Positions 11,446-25,951 of a stretch of 64,000 nt of DNA are shown in pieces. Numbering within the stretch: the first letter of the stretch is position 1; each line of letters starts with the position of its first letter. The notes beneath the pieces are model-generated. The model made no database searches. It had not been told where the DNA came from and saw nothing but the letters and a program-made list of their open reading frames with translations. The stretch spans positions 1 through 64,000 of the forward strand of contig CM000431.1 in NCBI GenBank assembly GCA_000165345.1, read 5' to 3'. The translations under genes were made by a program, and so were the position numbers.

Positions 11446-12927
11446 TCATACAACCTTAGTACAAGAACAAAAGCCTCTTTTTAGCTTGGAAGGCTTTTGT
11501 GTATTATGAGTTTTCATATTGTGTTTTTTAGAGGATGTGTCTTGATATTTCGTATTTCTATATTCATGGATATCTTTATTCTTAGCTTTTGACTTTCTTC
11601 TAGTTAAAGTTGGGTTAGGGCTTAAACTCATACTATGATCCTGAGCCTGATCTCCAATATCAGAAATTCTCTTACCACTGTTTGCAGATGTTAAATTATT
11701 ACAAATATTACTATTAGCTGTTTCATTTGGATTTTTCTCTCCTTTATTCTCCATATTAGATTTCTGTTCAACAGGAGAACATTCACGTTGAATAATGTTT
11801 GAATTAGCGGGAGCTCCTGAATTATTAGCCTTTCTAGAGGATGATGAGTGTATGTATCTCTTATTACTTTTGGATTGTTTTTTCTGGTCAAATACGCTTT
11901 TATCCAGAGAAACATTAGGCTGAATTTGAGGAATTAGAGATTTGCCAGTAGTTTTGACACAATTGTTAGTTTGCATACTAGATGTCTCAACTTTTTTACT
12001 GCTATTAGAGTCAAGTTTAGTCCAATCAAAATCTCCATCATCAACGTAACCTTCTCTTTGCATTAAATCACGAAAAAGTTTTCTTAAGTAAGTGTAATCT
12101 GGTCTGTCCTCAAAACGGAGCACTCTACAATAGTGTAAATATGTTGCAAATTCCGGAGGATAACTCTTACACAAAGTCTCAACGGAAGTACCCATTTTTT
12201 TCTCCATAATCTTCTTATACTTCTCTTCCTTATTATTAGCACGGATCCCCTGCCATGGAAGAGTTCCATTTCTACAAAAATACATTAATACATAACCTAT
12301 TGCCTCTAAATCATCCCTTCTGCTTTGTTCTATCCCTAAATGGGCGTTAATTGAAGCATATCTGGCAGTTCCTGTCAAGTTCTTATTTTCTCTGTAAGGA
12401 ATATGCTGTAAGGTTTTTGGGTCTCGAAAGCGTTTAGCAAGGCCAAAATCAATAACATAAATATTTCTAGATCCTCTCCCACGCCCAATTAAAAAGTTAT
12501 CAGGTTTAATATCTCTATGAATAAAATTTTTCGAGTGAATATATTCAACCCTTTGCAACATCTGGTCCGCAATCATTAAAATAGTTTTCATTGTGAACCT
12601 TCTATGACATAGATTAAACAAATCCTCCAAAGATGGCCCCAAAAGTTCCATTGCCATTATCTGATGATTTACTTCTCTATCTAATTCACAGTGATAGACA
12701 TTGGCTATTCCTACCCCTCCTTGTAGAAGCTTTAAAACTTTTGTTTCATATATTAGCTGTGGATGCCTGGACATTGTTGATTCTGCCTTAATTGCCACCT
12801 CCTCATTGGTTTCCGTATTTACTGCCAAGTATATATCTCCAAAGCTTCCCCCTCCAATTAATCGCTCTATCTTCCATATTGAGCATACAGTGGTATTTGA
12901 TAAAGGAGATGAAATTTGTGATACCAT
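11446..12927 (-). CDS. CK1: Casein kinase I (Ser/Thr protein kinase) with long S/N/K-rich C-terminal tail
   Basis: Kinase motifs [31 protein letters not shown], plus CK1-typical LPWQG. ORF-track start 12945 is TTG in a poly-T tract; first in-frame ATG is at 12927 (MVSQISSPL...). Confidence 0.9.
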   Translation of the reverse strand: MVSQISSPLSNTTVCSIWKIERLIGGGSFGDIYLAVNTETNEEVAIKAESTMSRHPQLIYETKVLKLLQGGVGIANVYHCELDREVNHQIMAMELLGPSLEDLFNLCHRRFTMKTILMIADQMLQRVEYIHSKNFIHRDIKPDNFLIGRGRGSRNIYVIDFGLAKRFRDPKTLQHIPYRENKNLTGTARYASINAHLGIEQSRRDDLEAIGYVLMYFCRNGTLPWQGIRANNKEEKYKKIMEKKMGTSVETLCKSYPPEFATYLHYCRVLRFEDRPDYTYLRKLFRDLMQREGYVDDGDFDWTKLDSNSSKKVETSSMQTNNCVKTTGKSLIPQIQPNVSLDKSVFDQKKQSKSNKRYIHSSSSRKANNSGAPANSNIIQRECSPVEQKSNMENKGEKNPNETANSNICNNLTSANSGKRISDIGDQAQDHSMSLSPNPTLTRRKSKAKNKDIHEYRNTKYQDTSSKKHNMKTHNTQKPSKLKRGFCSCTKVV

Positions 12928-14254
12928 TTTTAAAAAAAAAAACAATTTAGTTAACCACTAATTTTGGTTAACTAGGCTTAATTTTTGGGTTTTACCCCTA
13001 AAAAAGTATATTAATAATAAATATTAATTTAGTTGGTTTATCTCACAATATTGCGAAGAAAAAACTTTGTTTTGTATTTCGGCTCTCTCATCCAAATTTT
13101 CCAAAGAATAATTTCAAGAAATCCTTTAACATTAAGTCCGGCTCACTATTTCTGAACCCAAAATCCTGAATCGTTAATTTCTCTTGCAATTCTAGTTTGA
13201 ATTATTTACTAATTCTTTGCCAGTACTTTGTTAGAATGTACTTGGAACCTTTCTCAACCTGCTGATATTCTCTCATCAAAAAAGAAAAAAAAGAATATTA
13301 TCTGTTTTTTTTTTTTTTTCTACCTTATCCTCGCCGTAATTTTCTCATTATGTCCTAAAACTCAAATTTTTAAAATAGTGGGGTGGTTTGGCGGCATAAT
13401 ATTCTTTTTTCTTTCAATTTACATGCCTACCTGCCGGAAATATTAAAAACCGTTGTTAAATAATAAATTATTTTAAAATTTTAATAAGTGAATTGTACTA
13501 TTGTGGAATCACTGGTTTATATGTTAGCGTTTACTAATCAAAAAACTCTACCTGAAACTTTTTTATTCTCTCCCTTCCAAACCTCTCCTTTACGCCATCA
13601 AACTAACTAAAAAAAGTACTCAATTTAAACATAGCATTCTTTCTAATACATAGAAATATTAAATGTAATAAATAAATATTAATATAACTCTATTTTTACA
13701 AAGTTTTTAGTTTCTCTTTGGATTTACAATTAATAATGTGCAAGTTTATTTTATCCACTTGTGCTTAAAGTATATTGAACTCAAGTCTTTCGACTGTGAA
13801 ATATTAAAACAATTTAATGGCATAGAAAAGCTTAAATATTATTTAAAACTCATAATAAATAAATAGACACATTATAGATCTTATTCTAGTTATTTGATTA
13901 TTGCTCCATTCAACTCAAAAAAAAAATCAAATAATGGGCATAAATTAATATACAAGACCAGACGCATGCATAAATTAAAATCTAGAATTAGTTTAATAAA
14001 TATTAAAAAGAGACAAAAAGTGAATTAATCAACAAAAATTTTAAATTTAAAGGTTATAATTGGATTTATGATGAAATGTTAAAAGAATTGGTGCATACAA
14101 CTAGAATTTTAAATTAATAGATACTACTTTATCTATAAATAAGTTGATTGCAAATGCATATGTGCAACAATAAAATAGATTATAATAAATAATAACTAGA
14201 AATTAGTTGAGATTATATTAATTATTATCATAAGAAGTGGATATTAAAGAAAAT

Positions 14255-17200
14255 ATGTCGTTATTTGCGACAGTGAGTTTTGCTTTAAGCTTTGGGAAGT
14301 TTAGAAATATTGATTTACTACAGAGTGGGTTTTATAGACTAAGGAGTAGATTATACTTTTTAAATGACGGCGTGGCATATAGCGCTATTCCCAGAAATAT
14401 TATTTATTCTAAACAACAAAAGCTAGATCTAAAGTGGGAAGGAATCTTAGAAGACGGGTCTGTTTTATCTAGACCCTTCCAGATCAACTATGTAGATGAT
14501 GTGGCAGATTTAAATGAGACAATCATATTTACTAGTGATGTGAAGTTGCATGTTCCTAGTACCAAACCTTTTTCATCTTTTTTTAGTGACTCAAGTCAAA
14601 CAGATTCAAACGAAATTTTTCGAAGTACATTTGCAAACAGTCAAGTAAGTATTGCTCCTTTTTTTCTTGAGGTGGATTTGTTTTATTCAGAAAACTTAGA
14701 ACAAATTCTTCCCCTTGATTCAGGATCTATGTCTGAGGAGTCAAATAGTGAAGATTCAGAACATTATCAACCTTCAGATGAAAAATTTTCATCTCTTTGT
14801 TATAATGTCTATAGGATTAATAATGTTGCAAATGGTATTGTGGAATATCTTCCAATAATATTTGATGAGTTTCACTTTTGTAATACAAGTTGTTTGATTC
14901 TAAGCCAGATTACTAGAATCTTTGCTTCTTTTGACTCTCATTATTCTGAAAATAAAACTCAATATATTCCAAGATTTTCTTCAACAAAGCCACTCCCAGT
15001 AATCCCTTCATTTCTACTGTCTACTAGTAAAAACGAAGAAAATTCAGAATTAAGCGATAAGGATCTGTTAAAAAATTGTAATCGAACTTTTAAATATGAT
15101 GAAAATAAAAACTCTCACTCAACAAATGTCAGAAGCAAGGTACAAGTTGGTTCATTTACTATTAGGGGAATGCTTATCCAAAAAATGGCTCAGACTTTTG
15201 TAGAATCTTCTAAAAAATTAAAAGAAGAAGATAATGATAAAACTTCAGATGATTTAAAATTAAACGAGAATTTAGAAGTTTCTACAAAGGAAACAAATGA
15301 GTTACCTGATTTGGCTAATAATAAAGAGTTAAATGATATTCAAGAAACCTTAGAAATATGTGATGATGTAAAGGGTAATGAAGAAAAAGACCAGAATACT
15401 AACCAAAAGGCCATCATTGGTATTGACGAAGTATTTCCATCAATAGTAACTAGAGATCCAATGTTTATTGAATCCTCAAAATTTAGACTTGAGCTCATAT
15501 CATCCTTGACTAATCTTCATCTCCAATTAGCTGCTAATATGCACTATATTACAAAGAAATGCTGTAGCTCGCAAAGAGCCAAATTAATGGGATCATTCTT
15601 GGTTATCCCTAGTTTAGAACTACCAGGTGGATCCAAACTAAATGTTGAGCCTCTTATTAACCTTTCAGAATCCAATTATGAAGAAAATGGTGCTTCTATC
15701 CCGTTTTGTGTAGTAAGAGAAAAAATTGATCAGATTGATGAACATAAAATCTCTAGAATTAGCTCTGAAATTCAGCTTAAAGAAGCAAATGAATTCAAAC
15801 ACTCTCTTACAATAGCAAGCGATGGAAGTTCTATAGGAATTCTTCCAGAACAAAGACTTTCTGATTCTGCTCTATGTTTAGTTAAATTACCAACAACAAT
15901 ATGGGCTTTAACTCCTCTAAACTGGCAGCTCAATTATATTAGAGGAATTACGCCCCCCATATTCAGAAGAAGTCCAACCTCGCATATTGTTACTTCAGAT
16001 CCATTAATATCACATGAGCCAATTTTACCATTCCAAAATGTGATTGAGGCACCTTTTGGAATTGCTCAATATAGTTGCAAGATTAACTTAGAATTGGAGA
16101 AAATTTCGTTTCAAATTTTTGAGACTTGGAATAGATTAGTCTCTATTCTACCTTTTGTGTTACACAAACTCGAACAGACATGTAAAATGGAACACATAAG
16201 GAAGACCATGTTCTTATGGAATGAAACCATTTTTTTTGAGAATCTTTCAATTAATGAATTATATTCTCCATCATTAAAACCAGAACCATCATCAAAATTT
16301 CCAGAATTCTTAGGAAATCGATCATTTCCTATTACACCCCCTGTTGTACTTTCAGTTAATTCGTCTCCTCCATACAATAACTTACCTAATAATGGAGAGC
16401 TTAACAAAAAAAATAGTGGTTTTTTTTCAATATTTCCAATATTAACAGGTGGAGTAGGGCTAAGCTCACAAAATTCAACTGCTTTTGTACTAAAACCTAT
16501 TGATTACTACTCAAAAGTAGCTGATTTACTTAGAAATGATATAGTTTTTAAATCAATACCAACTCCAAATGCAATTGAGGAAGTGTGCCTTCCTCCCTTA
16601 CATGAAATAGCATCCAATTCAGATAACCAGTCAAACACAAAAAATGATGTACTTGATGATAATATGTTAAATAATATTTCAACTGAGCACTTAAAAAGTT
16701 CTAAATACAATGAATGGCTTCCTATTTTATTTATTCAAAGATATACAAAACCTTCAACTTTGATTAATTGCTATAAACACCCAATTTCACCTATATCAAC
16801 AAATTCAGAAATTAACAACTTAATAGTTGACCATTCTAAAGCTATAATTAATAATGGAGTTGGTACAATTACTCATTGTGGACAACTTTGCAGACTTGGG
16901 ATTAATAATGATCCTGCAATCAATGCTAGAAATATAGTTAATAGGAAAATCGAGCAAGAATCCAATAAAACCTTTGGTAGTCGCTGTTTTGACTATGATC
17001 AAAATGTAGAAAAAGAAACTAATCATGACAATGAAACGCCTAAAATACCTATGATTAAGACAGAAACACCATTTTTAGAAAGTAGTAAAGAATTAACAAA
17101 AGATCTTCATATAATGATATTTGTACATGGATTACAAGGCTCTGCATTTGATATGAGAAATGTTAGAAATATAATTTCTCTATATTACCCAGATGTACTG

Positions 17201-17881
17201 TGTTTACTTAGCACATGCAATGAAGATTATACAGATGGCCCAATAGAAGAAATGGGAAAAAGGTTAAGTGATGAAGTTATTGCAGCTGTATCTCCATTTT
17301 CAAAATCTTTAAAAAAATTGTCTTTTGTAGGCCATTCTCTTGGTGGAATTATAATAAGAGCAGCTCTCCCTCATCTTCATATGTTTAGTTCTCAGTTTTA
17401 TTTATATTGGTCCTTAAGCACACCTCATTTGGGATGTATTTCAAACAACTCAAAGCTTATTAATGCAGGCGTATGGATAATGAAAAAATGGAGTAGTTCT
17501 CAATGTATTAGTCAACTTGCACTTTCTGATGCTCCTAATTATGAAGAAACATTTATATACAAACTTGCAACTGAACAATCAGAGTTATTTTCAAAATTTA
17601 AACATATTGTATTTTGTTCTTCTCATCAAGATATGTATGCTCCATATGATAGTGCTAGAGCTGAATACTCTCCAGATGGTCCTTCAGTTTACAAGGTGAT
17701 GGTAGAAAGTTTGCTAAAAAATATTGATCCTTCTCGTATTGTTAAAGTTGATGTTGATTTCCACCTTCCACAGAAAAACCTCGATACTTTTATTGGGAGA
17801 GCCGCTCATATTCAAGTTATTGAAAATCAATTCTTTGTTAAGATCCTAGTTTCTAGATTTCCTGAATGGTTTATTGCCTAA
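14255..17881 (+). CDS. FAM135-like protein: large N-terminal region plus C-terminal DUF676 alpha/beta-hydrolase (putative serine esterase/lipase, GHSLGG)
   Basis: C-terminal IMIFVHGLQGSAFDM...SFVGHSLGGIIIRAAL...INAGVWIMKKW...FIGRAAHIQVIENQFF is collinear with human FAM135A DUF676 as I recall it. ORF-track start 14237 is GTG; first ATG at 14255 (MSLFATVSF...). Confidence 0.8.
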   Translation: MSLFATVSFALSFGKFRNIDLLQSGFYRLRSRLYFLNDGVAYSAIPRNIIYSKQQKLDLKWEGILEDGSVLSRPFQINYVDDVADLNETIIFTSDVKLHVPSTKPFSSFFSDSSQTDSNEIFRSTFANSQVSIAPFFLEVDLFYSENLEQILPLDSGSMSEESNSEDSEHYQPSDEKFSSLCYNVYRINNVANGIVEYLPIIFDEFHFCNTSCLILSQITRIFASFDSHYSENKTQYIPRFSSTKPLPVIPSFLLSTSKNEENSELSDKDLLKNCNRTFKYDENKNSHSTNVRSKVQVGSFTIRGMLIQKMAQTFVESSKKLKEEDNDKTSDDLKLNENLEVSTKETNELPDLANNKELNDIQETLEICDDVKGNEEKDQNTNQKAIIGIDEVFPSIVTRDPMFIESSKFRLELISSLTNLHLQLAANMHYITKKCCSSQRAKLMGSFLVIPSLELPGGSKLNVEPLINLSESNYEENGASIPFCVVREKIDQIDEHKISRISSEIQLKEANEFKHSLTIASDGSSIGILPEQRLSDSALCLVKLPTTIWALTPLNWQLNYIRGITPPIFRRSPTSHIVTSDPLISHEPILPFQNVIEAPFGIAQYSCKINLELEKISFQIFETWNRLVSILPFVLHKLEQTCKMEHIRKTMFLWNETIFFENLSINELYSPSLKPEPSSKFPEFLGNRSFPITPPVVLSVNSSPPYNNLPNNGELNKKNSGFFSIFPILTGGVGLSSQNSTAFVLKPIDYYSKVADLLRNDIVFKSIPTPNAIEEVCLPPLHEIASNSDNQSNTKNDVLDDNMLNNISTEHLKSSKYNEWLPILFIQRYTKPSTLINCYKHPISPISTNSEINNLIVDHSKAIINNGVGTITHCGQLCRLGINNDPAINARNIVNRKIEQESNKTFGSRCFDYDQNVEKETNHDNETPKIPMIKTETPFLESSKELTKDLHIMIFVHGLQGSAFDMRNVRNIISLYYPDVLCLLSTCNEDYTDGPIEEMGKRLSDEVIAAVSPFSKSLKKLSFVGHSLGGIIIRAALPHLHMFSSQFYLYWSLSTPHLGCISNNSKLINAGVWIMKKWSSSQCISQLALSDAPNYEETFIYKLATEQSELFSKFKHIVFCSSHQDMYAPYDSARAEYSPDGPSVYKVMVESLLKNIDPSRIVKVDVDFHLPQKNLDTFIGRAAHIQVIENQFFVKILVSRFPEWFIA

Positions 17882-17921
17882 TTATATCGATTAACAATCA
17901 TCAAGTTCTTATAATATTTGC

Positions 17922-18671
17922 CTAGAACAAATCAAATGGGTTTTTACTTGTTACATTTGGTTTATTGTTAGTATTAAGGTGGTCTTGAGTTATGTAGTAG
18001 TTTTCGTTGTATTCATAAGTTTTGTCATTACAATTCACACTCAACCCTCCACTACTTTCATATCCAATATTTTTATATCTACAGTTTAAATCATCATCTA
18101 AAGGCCTGAAGTTATAATTCAAATTTTCATTGGTAAAAACATATCTTCCATCACAGTCTACAGATGCATACTTTTTATTTGAAGCAAAAGGCAGAGAGAC
18201 CAATTTTTCATCTTCATAAATAGAACAAAAATCGAATGTATTACGCCTTAAAAAGTTCTGCTCTTTAGAGAAAAGATCCCATTCAAAGTCAGAATAATTT
18301 TCTGACTCAAGTCTTGAAGCCTCCATTCTTTCTTTTTCTTTTAATATAGAATTGTAGCTATGTTTCTTGATTCCAAAATATTTTGAAAAAAAGTTTTTAA
18401 AAGAAAACCCTGCTCTTTTATTAGTCTTAAAACTTAGCTGATCAATATTCTTTTCAAGTAAATCTATCTCCTTGGAGGTAATTTTGTGTGCCCCCACAAC
18501 TTTGAATTTTTGACTATTTTTTAAACATCTTTTACATATTAAAATATTTTCAACTATATCAAAATATTTCGATTTATTCAACTTGCAACTCATACACCTT
18601 GAAACCCTAGAAATGGCTGAGTTTAACCTTTCCAAAATTATTTCATCCAAAATCTCTTCTTTGCTTAACAT
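17922..18671 (-). CDS. Hypothetical protein with CxxC...CxxC zinc-ribbon-like N-terminus
   Basis: ATG confirmed at 18671. CMSCKLN...ICKRCLKN near the N-terminus. No family recognised. Confidence 0.5.
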   Translation of the reverse strand: MLSKEEILDEIILERLNSAISRVSRCMSCKLNKSKYFDIVENILICKRCLKNSQKFKVVGAHKITSKEIDLLEKNIDQLSFKTNKRAGFSFKNFFSKYFGIKKHSYNSILKEKERMEASRLESENYSDFEWDLFSKEQNFLRRNTFDFCSIYEDEKLVSLPFASNKKYASVDCDGRYVFTNENLNYNFRPLDDDLNCRYKNIGYESSGGLSVNCNDKTYEYNENYYITQDHLNTNNKPNVTSKNPFDLF

Positions 18672-18742
18672 TTATTAATCTTTTCCTATGACATTTTTTG
18701 TATATATGAAACTAATGTCAAAATGACAAGTGGAAAGTGTGA

Positions 18743-18754
18743 GGCGCCGGCGCC
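18743..18754. promoter_or_regulatory. Tandem GGCGCCGGCGCC in the divergent promoter between genes at 17922..18671(-) and 18835..19488(+)
   Basis: Direct reading. Lies ~75-80 bp from each ATG. Confidence 0.4.
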
Positions 18755-18834
18755 AACTGAAGAGTACCCAAAATAATTATCGGATTTTTTTTTTTCTTTC
18801 TTGATTAATGTAAGAGAAAGATAAAAGAGATAGA

Positions 18835-19488
18835 ATGAAGGTATTGGATGGACAGATACTTAAAGGTGGAGTGATTTCTTTTAGTAATGAATCTAAAGGG
18901 AAATCAGAAAAACTGCTTCCCTTGAAGATTGTCCAAAATAAATATAATAAGCATAAAAAAAATGAGCCTAAAAGGAAATTATTAACACCCTTTAAAAATG
19001 AAAGTATAAGTGACTTTTGTAAAAGAGTAGATTCTGATAGTAGACAATATTTAATGGAGAAGGATAGAGAAGCTCTTAGAATGCAAAAGTCTATGAAAAA
19101 TAAAAAAAAGAGAGAAAAGAGATCATTGAAAAACTTGGAAAAAAGTCAGGCAAAGAACACAAATCTGAACGAAATTAGCGAACTGGAATCTAATTTTAGC
19201 TTAAATAATACGAATCGACCTTCTTTTGGAGATGTAATTGATTCTCCTCCCTTAATTTCTTCAAAAATCAAGGATAAATTGGAAAAATCTAAGAAAGAAA
19301 CTAAGACTTGTAGTGACCTTTCTGAATATGTTAATCAAGTAAGAAAGGCATATTCAGAAATCAAAATGAAAAGAATTAATGAGAGTAACAAATTATTTCA
19401 GAATAAGAAGAAAAATTCAGAGAGAGTATTAAATGATTTTGGAGATGGTTGGGTAGGAATAGGTAAATTTAGGAGGCAAGAAGAATAG
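18835..19488 (+). CDS. Lysine-rich, probably nuclear/nucleolar hypothetical protein
   Basis: ATG at 18835. KKKREKRSLKNLEKSQ basic low-complexity. Divergently arranged with the upstream gene. Confidence 0.5.
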   Translation: MKVLDGQILKGGVISFSNESKGKSEKLLPLKIVQNKYNKHKKNEPKRKLLTPFKNESISDFCKRVDSDSRQYLMEKDREALRMQKSMKNKKKREKRSLKNLEKSQAKNTNLNEISELESNFSLNNTNRPSFGDVIDSPPLISSKIKDKLEKSKKETKTCSDLSEYVNQVRKAYSEIKMKRINESNKLFQNKKKNSERVLNDFGDGWVGIGKFRRQEE

Positions 19489-19611
19489 TCGAAATATTAA
19501 TATATTTTTGATTAATATACTATATTATATTGGATTATTTTTATACTATTTTCCCTTTTAAAAGTGCAGGTAATCATAATTTTTTTTTTCTTGCTTTATA
19601 CTGTTTATATT

Positions 19612-21099
<1,488 letters not shown>

Positions 21100-21932
21100 C
21101 TACTTAATAACTACTATTATAATAAAAAGATTAAACAGAATATTTATTCTTTATTAAAGATTACACAGAACATGTATGCTTTTTTCATTACTCGAAAATA
21201 TGTCTACGTACTAATTTAAAATTTAATCATATATAATTATTTTAAGAAGCAAATCTTTTGGCTGTTTAAATACCCTAAACAGTAGAGGCTATTAATAATG
21301 AATTTATGTATTCATATTATAAATTTCTTTTTTTGAGCATAAAAGAAAATAAAATCAACAAGTTTAGAAAAACTTTCTTTTTTTGTATTGTTTTGTGGGG
21401 AAAATGTATTCGTCCTTTTTAAACCATTAATATACAAAACAACAAACAAAATGGAATTTATCTACGTAAAGATTTCTAGTTATTTTCATTAATTTCTTCC
21501 AATTACAACTCTGTTTATCTGTATATTTTTAATAATTGCAAATTTTAATTTGTAAAATATTAATACATGCATCGCCCGCCATAATTGATTTTTCTAATGT
21601 ATCATTGCATGCATATTGTTTATGGCAAAAACTTTTGAATGTAATTATTTTCACGCATTTTTTTGTAATTTTTGCTTGACTTACTTTTTAATGCAATTAA
21701 CTTATTAATAAACCTTTATTGTCACTTTATGAAAATTTGACCAAACGTTACGTATAATTTTTTCAAAAATCAAAATGCAATTAATTAAATAAGCTTCTAT
21801 TGGAGAATTTTCCAACAAAACTGTGCTAGACGTTAATGAAATGTTCCCAATCCTTTATCACTTAAATACAATTAGGAAATATGAAAAACTTTGACTAGGT
21901 ACTATTGAACGCAGAAAGGTTCAATTTAAAAA

Positions 21933-21950
21933 TATATATATATATATATA
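21933..21950. repeat. (AT)9 dinucleotide microsatellite in the SAHH/secreted-protein intergenic region
   Basis: atatatatatatatatat read directly. Confidence 0.8.
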
Positions 21951-22027
21951 AATAGATAGTATTGGGTAAATAATAGGTATAATAGAAATTAATATTGGTA
22001 TTTGGTGTAATTTAAGAGAGATTAAGT

Positions 22028-24250
<2,223 letters not shown>

Positions 24251-24397
24251 AAATGGGCTAACTATGTCTACTTTTTGCTATCATATAATTTTATCTTTCC
24301 AATATTTTTATTATCTTAATTCAAACTTAGATTCTCTAGATCATAGTTGGCGCGCAATCCATTAGCATGCAAACATAAGAAAATATGCTCCAAAATA

Positions 24398-25591
24398 ATG
24401 GTTGCTTGGAAAAAAACTATATTATTTCAATATATTTATGTAACTATATTACTAGGAATAAGTCTAATTTTTGTTTGTGCAGAAGAGGTACAAAATGTTT
24501 CCGAGTTTAGTCAAGCATTACCTAACACAGAACTAAACTTTGGATATAACCAAGGCCAAGCTTTGGTTGAGTCCAACATTCGATTTCCAACTATTGGATC
24601 GTTTTTCTCCTGGTTGGGATCTTTTAATAGCTTATATGTTAAATATGAACGCACTTTTGAAGAAATTGCGACATCAATCCCACCAAAAGAAGATCTCGAA
24701 TCGCAAATCACTCTTATGACAACCTATTCTTTTCTATTGCAATGCTTAAAAACCATGGGAGAATTAAATTCAATATACGAAGCATCAATTCTTGAAACAA
24801 ATTCTGATATGCTTTCTGATGATTCATCATCGAGCGTTAGTAATCTTCTTAAAGAATGTTTAATTCCATTCAAAGATCTATTGCTCAAATCGTTTATAGC
24901 TTTACAAGATCAGGCATTTGATTCAGGAAAGACTTATTCACCTGCTCTACTTAAGTCCTCTGAATTAATTATGGAATTGTACGAAATATGTTGGAGTATA
25001 TTTACTACTATCCTAGGATACATTACAATGTTTCAACAGTCTATGAACATCTTGCTCAGAAACCGTTCAGAAAACCAGGAAAAGCTTAAATTTCTTGAAA
25101 ATAAACAAGAAAAGTCATCTTTGGAACAACTCCAATCTAATATTTATACTCGTAGGCTGGTTGATATTAGTAGAGAAGAAAAACTAATCAGTTTAGTATT
25201 AACTCTTTTTGAAGGTGACTTCAGTGTCTCTATCAACATCCTAGAATTGGAATCTTTGATTACAACTGAGAATAAGAGAAGTATATCCGAATTGGAAGAA
25301 TCTATTAAAAACTTGGAAAAATCCATCAAATGTGATGTTAATTCTGAAGAAAATAGTAATATGCTTCTCGTTAAAGCTCTAAAAGAAGAACTAGATTCAA
25401 GGACAAATGATTTAGTACGTCAAACTTCTGGCCCCCCCATTTATTTACAAAGATACGACCAAGAGCTTACAGAAATATTCACGAAACTTAATTTAGAAGG
25501 CTCTCAGTCAGATTCAACTAATGAACAGAACGAAGCAGATGACGAGACTAAAGTTAAAGTCGAAGAAGCTGATCCAAAAGAGGTGCAATAA
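24398..25591 (+). CDS. Hypothetical protein with N-terminal hydrophobic segment (signal anchor) and coiled-coil C-terminus
   Basis: ORF-track start 24347 is TTG, lying in TTGGCGCGC (E2F-like); first ATG is at 24398 (MVAWKKTILFQYIYVTILLGISLIFV...). Confidence 0.55.
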   Translation: MVAWKKTILFQYIYVTILLGISLIFVCAEEVQNVSEFSQALPNTELNFGYNQGQALVESNIRFPTIGSFFSWLGSFNSLYVKYERTFEEIATSIPPKEDLESQITLMTTYSFLLQCLKTMGELNSIYEASILETNSDMLSDDSSSSVSNLLKECLIPFKDLLLKSFIALQDQAFDSGKTYSPALLKSSELIMELYEICWSIFTTILGYITMFQQSMNILLRNRSENQEKLKFLENKQEKSSLEQLQSNIYTRRLVDISREEKLISLVLTLFEGDFSVSINILELESLITTENKRSISELEESIKNLEKSIKCDVNSEENSNMLLVKALKEELDSRTNDLVRQTSGPPIYLQRYDQELTEIFTKLNLEGSQSDSTNEQNEADDETKVKVEEADPKEVQ

Positions 25592-25951
25592 GTAAGTACT
25601 ATATAAATTCTGTTTTTATTAAATTCCAAGAAAATTGCAATAATGCAAGGGTAAATAATGGAAATGAAAGTATGAATAACATTTAAAAAAAAATGTTAAT
25701 GAGAATGCCTATGTAATATCAGGAAAAAAAGAACAATGGTAATTAATTAAAAGAAAGTTCAATTTGAATTAATTGTATGAATATTTATGAAGTTTGCTTA
25801 AATTATAGCTTAGTCCCATTAATACAATTTTGCCTTTATACTAATTATTATTTGAAACATTTTAAATTAGAATTTCACAGATTCCCGCCCAAACTAAAAT
25901 GAGTCAAATTTGATTTTTTTTTTTATTAGGTAAAGTATTCCGTAATTTGGG

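Noticed and set aside
12701-12961. 86-aa + strand ORF overlapping the CK1 5' end
   Set aside because: It is antisense to the conserved kinase N-lobe.
13002-13012. ACCCCTAAAAA resembling a single telomere unit (interstitial telomeric sequence?)
   Set aside because: Only one unit with no tandem repetition, so a coincidence in AT-rich DNA.
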